Source: an uncultured Candidatus Saccharibacteria bacterium (lineage in GTDB: Bacteria; Patescibacteriota; Minisyncoccia; UBA6257; JAKLIH01). Taken from it: DNA of 51,516 bases. This document shows positions 32,475-42,321 of the stretch, in pieces. Every line of letters begins with the position of its first letter. Positions within the stretch are counted from its first letter, which is position 1. The notes beneath the pieces are model-generated. The model saw only the letters and a program-made list of their open reading frames with translations. It searched no databases and was not told where the DNA came from. The DNA lies in assembly GCA_964475745.1 (NCBI GenBank), contig CAYYXO010000001.1:1-51516 (forward strand), given 5' to 3'. The translations under genes were made by a program, and so were the position numbers.

Positions 32475-33185
32475 TTAAGAAAACCTCATAAACTTACTCC
32501 AGTATTCATATAATTCTTTGGTGGCTACCAAGTCCCTAGTGTTGTATTGAGCTATTTTAAGATATTCTTTTTCTTTAAACAACCTAGCAACGTCATCACC
32601 CGTAACACCATCGACTTTTGGGCTAGTTATGCCAAAAGCTCTGCACCACATATGCAAACTGCCTGGCTTACGCACTGCCCCATAAAAAGACAGTTGGTCA
32701 AACAAGTCAATGTGTTTTGCATCCCTTTGGTTACTAACATAACGATTTGACATTAAATCCCGGGTTGCTTCAATTTGATGAATAGCTGATCTAATTAAAA
32801 TATATGGAATATCAAAGCTCCTGCCATTAAAAGTAATAAACTCATCATAATTATTAGCTCCTTGCCAAAAATTTTCCAACATCTCTGCCTCCCTCATTGG
32901 TTTTAATTTAAAATTACCTTCTCTGGTTTCTTCTGCTTCTTTTTCTGGAGATTGATAATAAACTACCCCTTGTTCCCTTTCATAATCCATGACTCCGATA
33001 GCCACTATTTCTCCTGTCAAAGGAGAAAAACCAAGCTCATTTTTTAAATTATTTAGAGCGTCTTTATATTCTTCTTCTGTATTACTAGTATTTTTAATCC
33101 ACCTCGTTAAAATATCTTGAGTGTCTTTGTCTATTTTTTCAAAATCCTCCCCAATGGTTTCAATATCAATAATTAATTTTGACAT
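32475..33185 (-). CDS. RNase H-fold 3'-5' exonuclease related to the PolB exonuclease domain (236 aa)
   Basis: Uninterrupted ORF. ExoI IIDIET, ExoII FITFNGRSFDIPYIL, ExoIII HIDL..YNTRDLVAT.. (DEDDy pattern). All four Trp codons are TGG. Confidence 0.75.
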   Translation of the reverse strand: MSKLIIDIETIGEDFEKIDKDTQDILTRWIKNTSNTEEEYKDALNNLKNELGFSPLTGEIVAIGVMDYEREQGVVYYQSPEKEAEETREGNFKLKPMREAEMLENFWQGANNYDEFITFNGRSFDIPYILIRSAIHQIEATRDLMSNRYVSNQRDAKHIDLFDQLSFYGAVRKPGSLHMWCRAFGITSPKVDGVTGDDVARLFKEKEYLKIAQYNTRDLVATKELYEYWSKFMRFS

Positions 33186-33194
33186 AATATATTT

Positions 33195-34505
33195 TTAAAT
33201 ATTTTTATAAAAATTTTTTATTTTTTCATCCACAAAAACAAAGCTTTCATTAATTGGCCTCCTTAGTACCAGCCCTTCTAAAGTGCGACATCTGCTAAGA
33301 GCCACATATGCCTGGCCAGAAGCAAAGGTTCCTCTGTCAAAATCAACCACCACTCTATCAAAGGTTTTTCCTTGAGACTTATGAATAGTTACCGCTCAAG
33401 CCAATTTTAATGGTACTTGATAGAAATACCCGGAAACCTTAGCTTCAATTGCTTTTGTTTTTTGGTTAAAATTATATTTTATAACTTCTCATTTAAAAGG
33501 ATTTACCACTTTTTCTCCTTTGCCTTTTACTTCTAAAATAATTTTATTACTTCCTAAAGAATCTTTTTCTATTTTTTTAATAACGCCTATATCTCCATTC
33601 ACCCATTTATTATAGCTATCGTTTATCAAAAACATCACTTGAGCGCCCTCTTTTAATATTAATTTTTCTTGAGTAGGCAATCTATCAATTGGAAAATCTC
33701 CTGAAATTATTCCTTCTATTTCTTCTATTTTTTTATCAATCATCTGCAACCTTTCTTGGTTTATTTTTTCAGCCATATGATTTGTTGTTGAAAGATAAAT
33801 ATAATTTTCGTTTAAGAAACTATCAAAATTACCGTTAACTCTTTTATTTATTTCATAAACTATTTCTTTGTTTAATTCACCAACCCTAATAGCATCTAAA
33901 ATTTTTATAAAATCTGCTTCTTTTTGCCTATAAACAAAATCTAAATCCACCCTTTTTAAAGAAAAGTTTTTAAAAACTTTAGCATCAAAAAAATAAGGAC
34001 TGTTATATCTTTGATAAAAAAAACCCTCTTCTTGTTTGTCCACCACTGGCGGCAACTGAAACAAATCTCCAATAAAAACCACTTGCACTCCGCCAAAAGG
34101 CTCAAAAGGTTCTTTGGTGTGCATCCTTAAAAAAACATCTATACAATCAATTAAATCTGCTCTTGCCATAGATATTTCATCAATAATCAAAATTTCAATT
34201 TTACTATAAAGCAATTGCTTCTTAACATTTTTTGCTTGCTTTATTTCTGAAGGAATAATCCCTGGCTTAAAACCAAAAAAAGAATGAATCGTTTGCCCCT
34301 TTACATTTAAAGCTGCCACCCCTGTTGGAGCCAAAACAACACAATTTTTCTTTGTTTTAATTCTAAAACAATCAATTAAAGTTGATTTACCTGTTCCTGC
34401 TCTGCCACTAATAAACAAATTTTCTTTGGTATTTTCCATTAAATCAAAAACCTTGGCAAAATCTTCGCTTCAAATTAAATCATTTTTTTCAATTATTTGC
34501 TTCAT
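33195..34505 (-). CDS. Pif1/RecD-like SF1B DNA helicase (436 aa)
   Basis: ORF 33489-34439 extends at both ends through TGAs. Walker A GRAGTGKST, LAPTGVAA, IIDEISM, GDLFQLPPV, C-terminal AVTIHKSQGKTFD, AYVALSRCRTLEGL. Confidence 0.85.
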
Positions 34506-34559
34506 AAAACAATTTTAGCTATTGTTTTTATTGTAGCATATAAATTATTTTTAGCAAAT

Positions 34560-34588
34560 TAAAAACCAGCTGGTATCCCAGCTGGTCT
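34560..34588 (-). terminator. Intrinsic terminator after the glutaredoxin-like gene
   Basis: 9-bp stem accagctgg / ccagctggt with loop tatc, followed on the minus strand by a U-run. Confidence 0.75.
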
Positions 34589-34589
34589 T

Positions 34590-34835
34590 TTAAATATTTA
34601 ATAATTCTTGTATTTTTTTCTTATCAAAACCAACCACAAATTCACCATTAATCTCAATGACCGGCACACCTGCTTGACCTGTTTTTTGCATAAGCTCCAT
34701 AGCTAATTCTTGAGACTGAGAAACATCAACTGATTCAAACTCAACATTATTTTCTTTCAAGAAATTTTTTGCTACATCACATCAAGGACAAACTGGCGTG
34801 GTATACACCTTTACAATATCTTTTTCATTTTCCAT
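34590..34835 (-). CDS. Glutaredoxin-like protein (NrdH/YruB type, 81 aa); absent from the ORF track
   Basis: Hand translation: MENEKDIVKVYTTPVCP[W]CDVAKNFLKENNVEFESVDV..GVPVIEINGEFVVGFD..; TGA at 34782-34784 lies inside the CPxC active site. TAA at 34590. Confidence 0.8.
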
Positions 34836-34857
34836 ATTATAATTTTAATATTTTAAT

Positions 34858-35622
34858 TTAGTTTTGTTTCATTTCATTTACTTTTTCAACGAAAGTATTA
34901 AAATCAATGGCACCAACCATTTGATCCTTTCCTTCTATAAATAAAGTAACTGGATAGCCATTTATAAAAGTAGCTGGCACCCCTAATCTATCAAAAGAAT
35001 CTAAATAATAATTAGCTCTCATTATAATTAACTCTCTATATTTTTGACTTTCTAAACATTCTGAAAAATGCTTTTGAGAAAGACCTATTTTTTCTGCTAC
35101 TTTATTAATGTTTTCTTTTGAAAAAGCTTGCTCCAATGGCATGTCTAGTTCTGCCAAATTAAACATTTTTTCATGCATTTGCCAAAACATGTTTTGTTCA
35201 TTAGCACAATATGATGCTTCTGCTGCAATTAAAGTTGGCGAATTAGATCCTAAAGCCAAAAAATCATATTGTAACCATACATCGCTTAGATTGGCTTGCT
35301 GTAAAAAAGGACTAATGGTTTCTCTGTAAAATTTATTTGATCAAGGACAAGCATAGTCAGACAAAACTGTAATGTAATTGCCTGAAGCTTTATTACCTTT
35401 TCCCTGCAATTGAATGTGTGTAAAAAAATTATCATCTAAAAAGTTTTGCTTTAAAGACTTTTCTTCTATCTTGTCCGCCCTCCCTTTTTCTTGACTTTTG
35501 TTAAATACAAACCTTTCTCCTTCTGGCAATAAACTGTTGTAAGCCGCAAAGAAAATAATCAATATCAAGGCCAAAACAACTACGACCAAAGACATAAGAT
35601 TTTTATACATTTTGTCAAACAT
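34858..35622 (-). CDS. Membrane-anchored DsbA-family thioredoxin-fold protein with a CP[W]S active-site motif (254 aa)
   Basis: Fragments 34858-35259 and 35341-35622 are joined through TGAs. N-terminal TM, ..LSDYACP[W]SNKFY.., AAEASYCANEQNMFWQMHEKMF typical of the Thioredoxin_4/DsbA family. Confidence 0.8.
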
Positions 35623-35751
35623 ATTTATTTTTTAATTTTTTATTAAAAACAAATCTTCTACATAAATATTATATTATATTTTTAGCTTTTATGCAACATT
35701 TTTAGCTAATTTTTGTTAAAATATTATTCACAATTTATCCACATCTGGGTA

Positions 35752-35780
35752 TTGACAAATCATATCTAGTATGATATAAT
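35752..35780 (+). promoter_or_regulatory. Perfect consensus sigma70 promoter driving the candidate ncRNA
   Basis: TTGACA (35752-35757), 17-nt spacer, TATAAT (35775-35780). No protein-coding ORF lies downstream on this strand. Confidence 0.65.
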
Positions 35781-35786
35781 AAATAA

Positions 35787-35980
35787 TCGTAATGAGTTAA
35801 TAGCTCATTTTTTGATTAAAGCTTATTGATCTGTAGATGCAAGGGCGATTTATTGCTTTTGGCCCTCAGAACTTTAATCAGATGGGTAATTTGGTTCCGA
35901 CTGGATTATACCTCTATGAAGTTCTTAATCTCTGCTACTTGCAGAGGATGATGTCTACAGATTAATGGGCTTTATTTTTT
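35787..35980 (+). ncRNA. Candidate structured small RNA (~190 nt), class unknown; rod-like fold with central bubble resembles 6S RNA
   Basis: 21-bp closing helix 35818-35838 / 35953-35973 with four G-U pairs, so it is valid only as plus-strand RNA. Inner helices: 35868-35876/35917-35925 (9 bp), 35842-35846/35862-35866, and hairpin 35930-35946. Ends in a U-run 35974-35980, followed by a second terminator. Confidence 0.6.
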
Positions 35981-35992
35981 TGCTTACTATAC

Positions 35993-36027
35993 CCCCGTCT
36001 ATGCTAACAATAGACGGGGTGTTTTTT
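35993..36027 (+). terminator. Intrinsic terminator (plus-strand orientation) downstream of the candidate ncRNA
   Basis: Stem ccccgtcta / tagacgggg with loop tgctaacaa, then tgtttttt. The minus-strand version lacks a U-tail. Confidence 0.75.
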
Positions 36028-39010
36028 ATATTACTCTTTTTATTTCTTCTATCGTGGTAACACCTTCTATCACTTTTAGAACACCATCTTGTGTCAAGCT
36101 TAAGCTTCTTTCTAATAGCTCTTTCTTAAAAACATTAGCATCTGCTTGAGAAGCAATTAACTCTTCTATTTCTGTATCGCTATATAAAATTTCGAACAAA
36201 CCAACTTGCCCTTCAAAACCAGTGAACTTACATTTATCGCAGCCTTTTTTATCATACATTTTTCATTCTTTGCTCAACCTAAATTCATATAATTTATTCA
36301 TTTCTTTAGAAATGCCCTTGATAGTTTCTTTTATAAAAGACTCTTCTTCTGGTTTTAACTCTTTTTTCTCTTTGCAATAAGGGCACAACTTTCTTACTAG
36401 TCTTTGAGCTACTGCCCCACTAAAACTTGCTGATAAATCTTGACCTGCTATATTAAAGTTTTTTAGCCTAGAGATAACTGTTGATGTATCAATGGTATGA
36501 ATTGTAGACAAAATTAGATGCCCTGTTAAAGAAGCTTGGACTGCTGTTTTAGCTGTTTCTTCGTCTCTAATCTCTCCAACTAAAATAATGTTTGGATTTT
36601 GTCTTAAAAAACTTTTGAGTGCTGCTGAAAAAGTATAGCCTTTTGATTCATTCACTTGAGTTTGCGTTATACCTTTAATTTGATATTCAATGGGATCTTC
36701 GACTGTCATAATTTTTACATTTGGATTGTTCAATGTTGTAAGCATTGCATACATTGTTGTTGTTTTTCCAGAGCTAGTAGGTCCACAGGCTAGTATAATA
36801 CCATTTGGCTTTCTCATCATCTTTTTAACACTTGGCATCATTTCCGGATAAATACCCAGGTCTGTTAATTCTAATTGCGTAATATTGGCGCTCAAAAATC
36901 TCATAACTAAAGATTCTCCAAAACCACTTGGTATAATAGAAACTCTAATGTCCTGATCTTGCTCTGGCCTTTCAATCTTAAACCTTCCTTCATTTACAAC
37001 TCCTTTTTCTTTATAGTCAACCCCTATGAGTTGTTTAGTATATTGAATTATGCCCATATAACTAGCCATATCAAGTTGAATTTTTTCTTGCAAAACACCG
37101 TCAATCCTATAGCGAACTTTAGCTATATTTTCTTCTGGCTCAACATGTATGTCAGATGCTTTATAAATTAATCCTAAAATACATAACATTTCAAAAGCAT
37201 CTTCTGCTTTGTGTTCATTAATAATTTTTTCTATTTTTTTCAAATTATTAATTGATCCAAAAACATTGTCATATTCATCTTTAGTCACTTTAATGCCTCT
37301 TAATAAAGACTGGCTTAATAGTTTATCAAACATTAAGTTTATATAGTCAATGTCTCCCGAAACTCTAACTAGCTCTTCCATTGAAGTTTCGCCTTTTATT
37401 ACTTTGCTTAGGCCATCGTGGAACAACGGCGTCATGCCCATTTGAATAGCCCTCTCTCTTATCTCAGAAATACTTGCCCTTGCTTTGATCATTTCATTAA
37501 TATCATCATTAACAAACAACAATTCAAAAATACCTACTTGGCCTTTATAGCCAAGGTTATTACATTTGGCGCACCCTTTTGGTCTATATAATTTTTTTAT
37601 TTCTCTTGGTGCTACAATATTACTTTTAGGAGATAAAACTGACAAAGCGTTTTTTATTTCCTTTTCTGTTTCTTCTGGAACGCTATACTCTTCTTTGCAA
37701 TAAGGGCACAACTTTCTTACTAGTCTTTGGGCAATGATAATTTTTAAACTCGAAGCCATTATATCATTTTCAATATCAAATTCCATCAATCTAGCTATTG
37801 CTCCAGCTGCTTCATTTGTATGTAGAGTTGAAAAAACTAAATGCCCTGTTAAAGAAGCCTGTATGGCTATATTGGCTGTTTCTTTATCTCTTATTTCCCC
37901 AACCATAATTACATCAGGGTCTTGTCTTAAAATAGATTTTAAACCACTTGAAAAACCATATCCTTGCTTGTCATTAACTTGAGTTTGATTTACTCCTTTT
38001 AGCTGATATTCGATCGGATCTTCAATGGTAATGGCATTTACTCCTGGCTTAGCTTTTTCTTTTAATAAAGAATATAGCGTAGTAGTTTTTCCGGATCCAG
38101 TAGGTCCTGTCACCAAAACCATACCATTTGGGCTAGTTATTAAACCTTTAACCAGCTTAACTTCATCTTCGTCAAACCCCAGATCTTCTAAAGACAGCGT
38201 CATAGCTGACTGACTTAAAATTCTCATCACCAATATTTCTCCGTGCTGACTTGGAATGGCAGAGGTTCTTGCTTGGTACTCTTCGCCTTGATCAATTATT
38301 TTAAAACGACCATCTTGGGGAGAATTTTGTATATTTAGTTTTAACCTTGCCAACAATTTTATTCTATCACGCAATTGAAAATACATTTTTTTAGGAATGC
38401 TCGTTATTTCATCCAAAACTCCATCTATTCTAAATTTAATAGCCGCATCTTCATCTCTTGGGCTTATATGAATATCTGATGCTCCAGACAAAACAGCTGC
38501 TTTAAAAATTAAACCATTATACAGAGATACATTATTTTGATCAATAGGCACCAGAGTTTCTTTTAAATCTCTAAAATCAACTTTAGGAGTATTAGATAAT
38601 ATCAAAGTGTCTGTTATTATTTCCCTTGGTTTTGACACCAAGCTATATCTTTGAAAAGCATACTCTAAGCTTACTTTTGAACATAAGAACAATTTTATAA
38701 TATATCCTTTTTCTTTTAGCTCTTGTATTACTTTTTTTGCTCCTTCATTTTCATCATCAACCAAAGCAACTGCCACCTCCTTGGCTTTCATTTGGAAAGC
38801 AATTATATTGTTTTCTTTTGCTATTTTTTCTTCAATCAAAGCTATGGCAAAAACTTCAATATTTACCTTTCTTAAGTCAATGTAAAACATTCCTTTTTTA
38901 TAGGCTAGATTTTCAACACTTCTTTCTCTTCCATCATCGTATATTTGACCTAACTGACCATCAAGCTGCTCTTTTCTTTGTTGATTTTTTAAAATATCAT
39001 CTATATCCAT
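36026..39010 (-). CDS. Tandem double PilB/GspE-family secretion ATPase (994 aa): T2SSE_N domain plus two complete ATPase modules
   Basis: The 915-aa ORF 36263-39010 already spans both modules without any stop. It joins 36026-36259 through one TGA. Module 1: GPTGSGKTT, ITIEDPIEY, DPDVIMVGEIRD, GHLVFSTLHTN, CPYC..CAKC. Module 2: GPTSSGKTT, MTVEDPIEY, NPNIILVGEIRD, GHLILSTIHT, CPYC..CDKC. Confidence 0.9.
36369..36406. repeat. 38-nt segment identical to 37692-37729 (encodes QRLVRKLCPYCKE of ATPase module 2)
   Basis: Direct comparison: tctttgcaataagggcacaactttcttactagtctttg occurs in both modules. Confidence 0.9.
37692..37729. repeat. 38-nt segment identical to 36369-36406 (encodes QRLVRKLCPYCKE of ATPase module 1)
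   Basis: Same 38-mer as at 36369-36406. A further shared stretch, atgccctgttaaagaagc, occurs near 36521 and 37840. Confidence 0.9.
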
Positions 39011-39053
39011 AAACTATTTTTAATACTACTATAAAAATAACAAAAAACATCAT

Positions 39054-39093
39054 AAAAAACAAGCTCCAATTATATAATTGGAGCTTGTTTTTA
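39054..39093 (-). terminator. Intrinsic terminator after rpmB
   Basis: Long palindromic hairpin acaagctccaatta-ta-taattggagcttgt flanked by an A-run and a T-run. Confidence 0.75.
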
Positions 39094-39288
39094 TTTTAGT
39101 TTGTTTTCTTTTGTCATTTTTCTTTGACATGAAGTACACACTCTTGCTTTATGGCCGGTTTTTAGCTTAACATCATGTAAATTTGGTTTTTGAAAATATT
39201 TTTTAGTTGGGTCTAATTTTGACATAATTTTCTTTCAAGATGTTGCCTTATTTCGGCCTTTTCCACAATTATCACAAATCTTAGCCAT
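39091..39288 (-). CDS. rpmB: 50S ribosomal protein L28 (65 aa); absent from the ORF track
   Basis: Hand translation: MAKICDNCGKGRNKATS[W]KKIMSKLDPTKKYFQKPNLHDVKLKTGHKARVCTSCQRKM.. L28 pattern with CxxC..CxxC zinc-ribbon form. TAA at 39091. Confidence 0.8.
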
Positions 39289-39387
39289 AGCAATATATTT
39301 ATACTTATTTAACAACTTTATCTTATCATATTATTGTTTATTTAGCAAGGCCATAAACAATAATACCTTTTAACCAATAATATTGCT

Positions 39388-40239
39388 TTATAAAAGCTGT
39401 AGTTTTTTATCTCTTTCTTTTTTAAACATTTCTCTTAGAAAAAGTGTCCTTTTTCCAACTTTGCCCTCTGCAATAATATGTTTATCTATCTTTACTATTG
39501 GCATAATTTCTTTTGTTGTAGCTGTTATAAAAACTTCATCTGCTTTTATCAGCTCTTGATAGCTTACTTCTTTTTCTTCTATTTTTATATGTTTTTTTGC
39601 AACTTTTAAAACAAATTTTCTAGTAACTCCGAACAGCATTCCTTCTTTGGGAGTTATTAAAACATCTTTTTTAATTAGAAATATATTGCTAGTTGAGCAT
39701 TCGAAAACCTTATTGTTTGAAGTGTATAGTATTTCTTCTGCTTTTTGTTTTTTCATCTCCTTTCTAAAACAAATCGCTTCAATATAATGACTTGATTTTA
39801 TCTCGCTTAAACCTCTTTTAAAATTAATACTCATAAGTTTTATACCTTTTTCATAAAAGCTTTTAGGAAAATCATTATATTTTTGAACAAAAATAAACAA
39901 TGTTTGGTTTTTTCCTAGCTCTAAATCTGATTTACCAATACCAGGGCTTAATACTAATTTTATTTTAGCTTCTAGACAATTATTCTTTTTTATCAAATTG
40001 TTTATTATGGACTCTATTTCTTCTTTACTTTCTTTTAGGTTTAGCCTCAAAGCTTTAATTGCCTTTCTTAGTCTTAGAAAATGATCTTCAAACAAAAATA
40101 TTTTTCCCTTGTAAACTCTCATTACTTCTGTTACTGCATAACCTCTTGAAAAGCCTAAGTCAAAAGGAGAAATTTTTGCACTTTTTAATTTTGTAATTTT
40201 GCCGTTTAAATAGCAATATTGATTATCATCAAAAGACAT
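39388..40239 (-). CDS. Class IV aminotransferase (branched-chain / D-amino-acid aminotransferase family)
   Basis: 283 aa. N-terminal ..NGKI......ISPFDLGFSRGYAVTEV.R.Y.GKIF.FEDHF.RL pattern and fold-type IV length. Substrate not assignable. Confidence 0.8.
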   Translation of the reverse strand: MSFDDNQYCYLNGKITKLKSAKISPFDLGFSRGYAVTEVMRVYKGKIFLFEDHFLRLRKAIKALRLNLKESKEEIESIINNLIKKNNCLEAKIKLVLSPGIGKSDLELGKNQTLFIFVQKYNDFPKSFYEKGIKLMSINFKRGLSEIKSSHYIEAICFRKEMKKQKAEEILYTSNNKVFECSTSNIFLIKKDVLITPKEGMLFGVTRKFVLKVAKKHIKIEEKEVSYQELIKADEVFITATTKEIMPIVKIDKHIIAEGKVGKRTLFLREMFKKERDKKLQLL

Positions 40240-40257
40240 ATTATTTTTTTAATTTTA

Positions 40258-40920
40258 TTAAACTACCAAAATGGTAAACTCCCCTTTTTCTTTCATTTCT
40301 TTAATATCTTCTTCTAAGTTTTCAAAATCAGTTCGAATTATTTCTTCAAAAATTTTTGTCATTTCTCTAAAAACAATTATTTTTGTTTTGTTTTCGATTT
40401 TTTCTTTAATCTCCTTCAAAGTTTTTTTAATTCTATAGGTTGACTCAAAAAACAACACTGCTCCATTAAAATCAGAAACCTCTTTCCAAAATTTATTTTT
40501 TTTTGTTTTAGGCACAAATCCTAAAAAAGCAAATTTTTGAGCATTTACACCTGAAACACTTATCGCCATAGTTACCGCTGAAACTCCTGGTATAGGAACA
40601 ATCTCGACTTGCATTCTTTTTAAAACTTCATCTATCAGCTTATTTCCTGGATCAGACACTCCTGGTGTGCCTGCTTCACTTACCACCGCAATGTCTTTCT
40701 CCTGTTTTAAAACTTTTAAAACTTCTTTCACTTGTTTTTCTGTAGGATTTTGAAAAAACTGAAATATTGGTTTTCTGATATTAAAATGGCTCAGCATTTT
40801 TAAAGTTGTTTTTGGTGTTTCTGCCAAAATAACATCTACTTTTTTTAAAGTTTCCATGGCTCTTAAAGTAATATCTTGCAAATTGCCTATGGGCGTTCCT
40901 ACAATATATATTTTACTCAT
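40258..40920 (-). CDS. rsmI: 16S rRNA (cytidine1402-2'-O)-methyltransferase
   Basis: MSKIYIVGTPIGNLQDITLRAMETLKKVDVILAE.., SEAGTPGVSDPG; tetrapyrrole-methylase fold typical of RsmI. Confidence 0.85.
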   Translation of the reverse strand: MSKIYIVGTPIGNLQDITLRAMETLKKVDVILAETPKTTLKMLSHFNIRKPIFQFFQNPTEKQVKEVLKVLKQEKDIAVVSEAGTPGVSDPGNKLIDEVLKRMQVEIVPIPGVSAVTMAISVSGVNAQKFAFLGFVPKTKKNKFWKEVSDFNGAVLFFESTYRIKKTLKEIKEKIENKTKIIVFREMTKIFEEIIRTDFENLEEDIKEMKEKGEFTILVV

Positions 40921-40943
40921 TTTAAATGTTTAAATCAATTTTA

Positions 40944-42050
<1,107 letters not shown>

Positions 42051-42269
42051 TTACTTTAGCTTTCTTTATCAAAATTAATTAGCATTTTGGCAAAGAAAGC
42101 CAGAGCACCAAGAGTAATTAATTTTAAAATAAGTGGTTGCTCGCACTATTAGCCCACGGACTAATAAAATATAGAGCTTCCTTTAAAAATAAATTAGTAA
42201 ATTCTCTTTAATGCCCTAGCAAGATAATTGTAGCATATTTTCAAATTTATTCAAACAAACATACTTTTC

Positions 42270-42301
42270 AAAAAAACACTGCCCAAAGACAGTGTTTTTT
42301 C
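42270..42301. terminator. Intrinsic terminator downstream of ndk (symmetric A/T flanks)
   Basis: Hairpin acactg-cccaaaga-cagtgt with an A-run before and a T-run after. Confidence 0.7.
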
Positions 42302-42321
42302 AGCATTATATCTTTTCTTCT

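Noticed and set aside
30407-34505. The helicase/exonuclease/Cas4-like cluster as a prophage or mobile-element remnant, or as a CRISPR-Cas adaptation remnant.
   Set aside because: There is no integrase, transposase, terminal repeat, cas1/cas2 or CRISPR array in the window. Four of the five genes use TGA=Trp like the core genome (the exonuclease has only TGG), and they are flanked by housekeeping genes.
34782-34784. Selenocysteine at the TGA inside the CP-x-C / CP-x-S redox motifs (also 35341-35343).
   Set aside because: The TGA occupies the non-catalytic x position, TGA is used as a general sense codon in dozens of unrelated genes, and no SECIS-like hairpin follows.
35787-35980. The candidate ncRNA as tmRNA, RNase P RNA, SRP RNA, a riboswitch or a retron msr/msd.
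   Set aside because: It has no tRNA-like acceptor/T-arm or tag ORF, no GGAAAGUCC-type P4 motif, and no GGAA-tetraloop SRP domain IV. There is no downstream same-strand gene to regulate and no reverse transcriptase nearby. Its class is left open, with 6S-like shape only.
35993-36027. This hairpin as the terminator of the tandem ATPase gene on the minus strand.
   Set aside because: The U-tract is present only in the plus-strand orientation, and the minus-strand hairpin is followed by GUAUAGUAAGC. It is therefore assigned to the ncRNA, although it may still impede convergent transcription.
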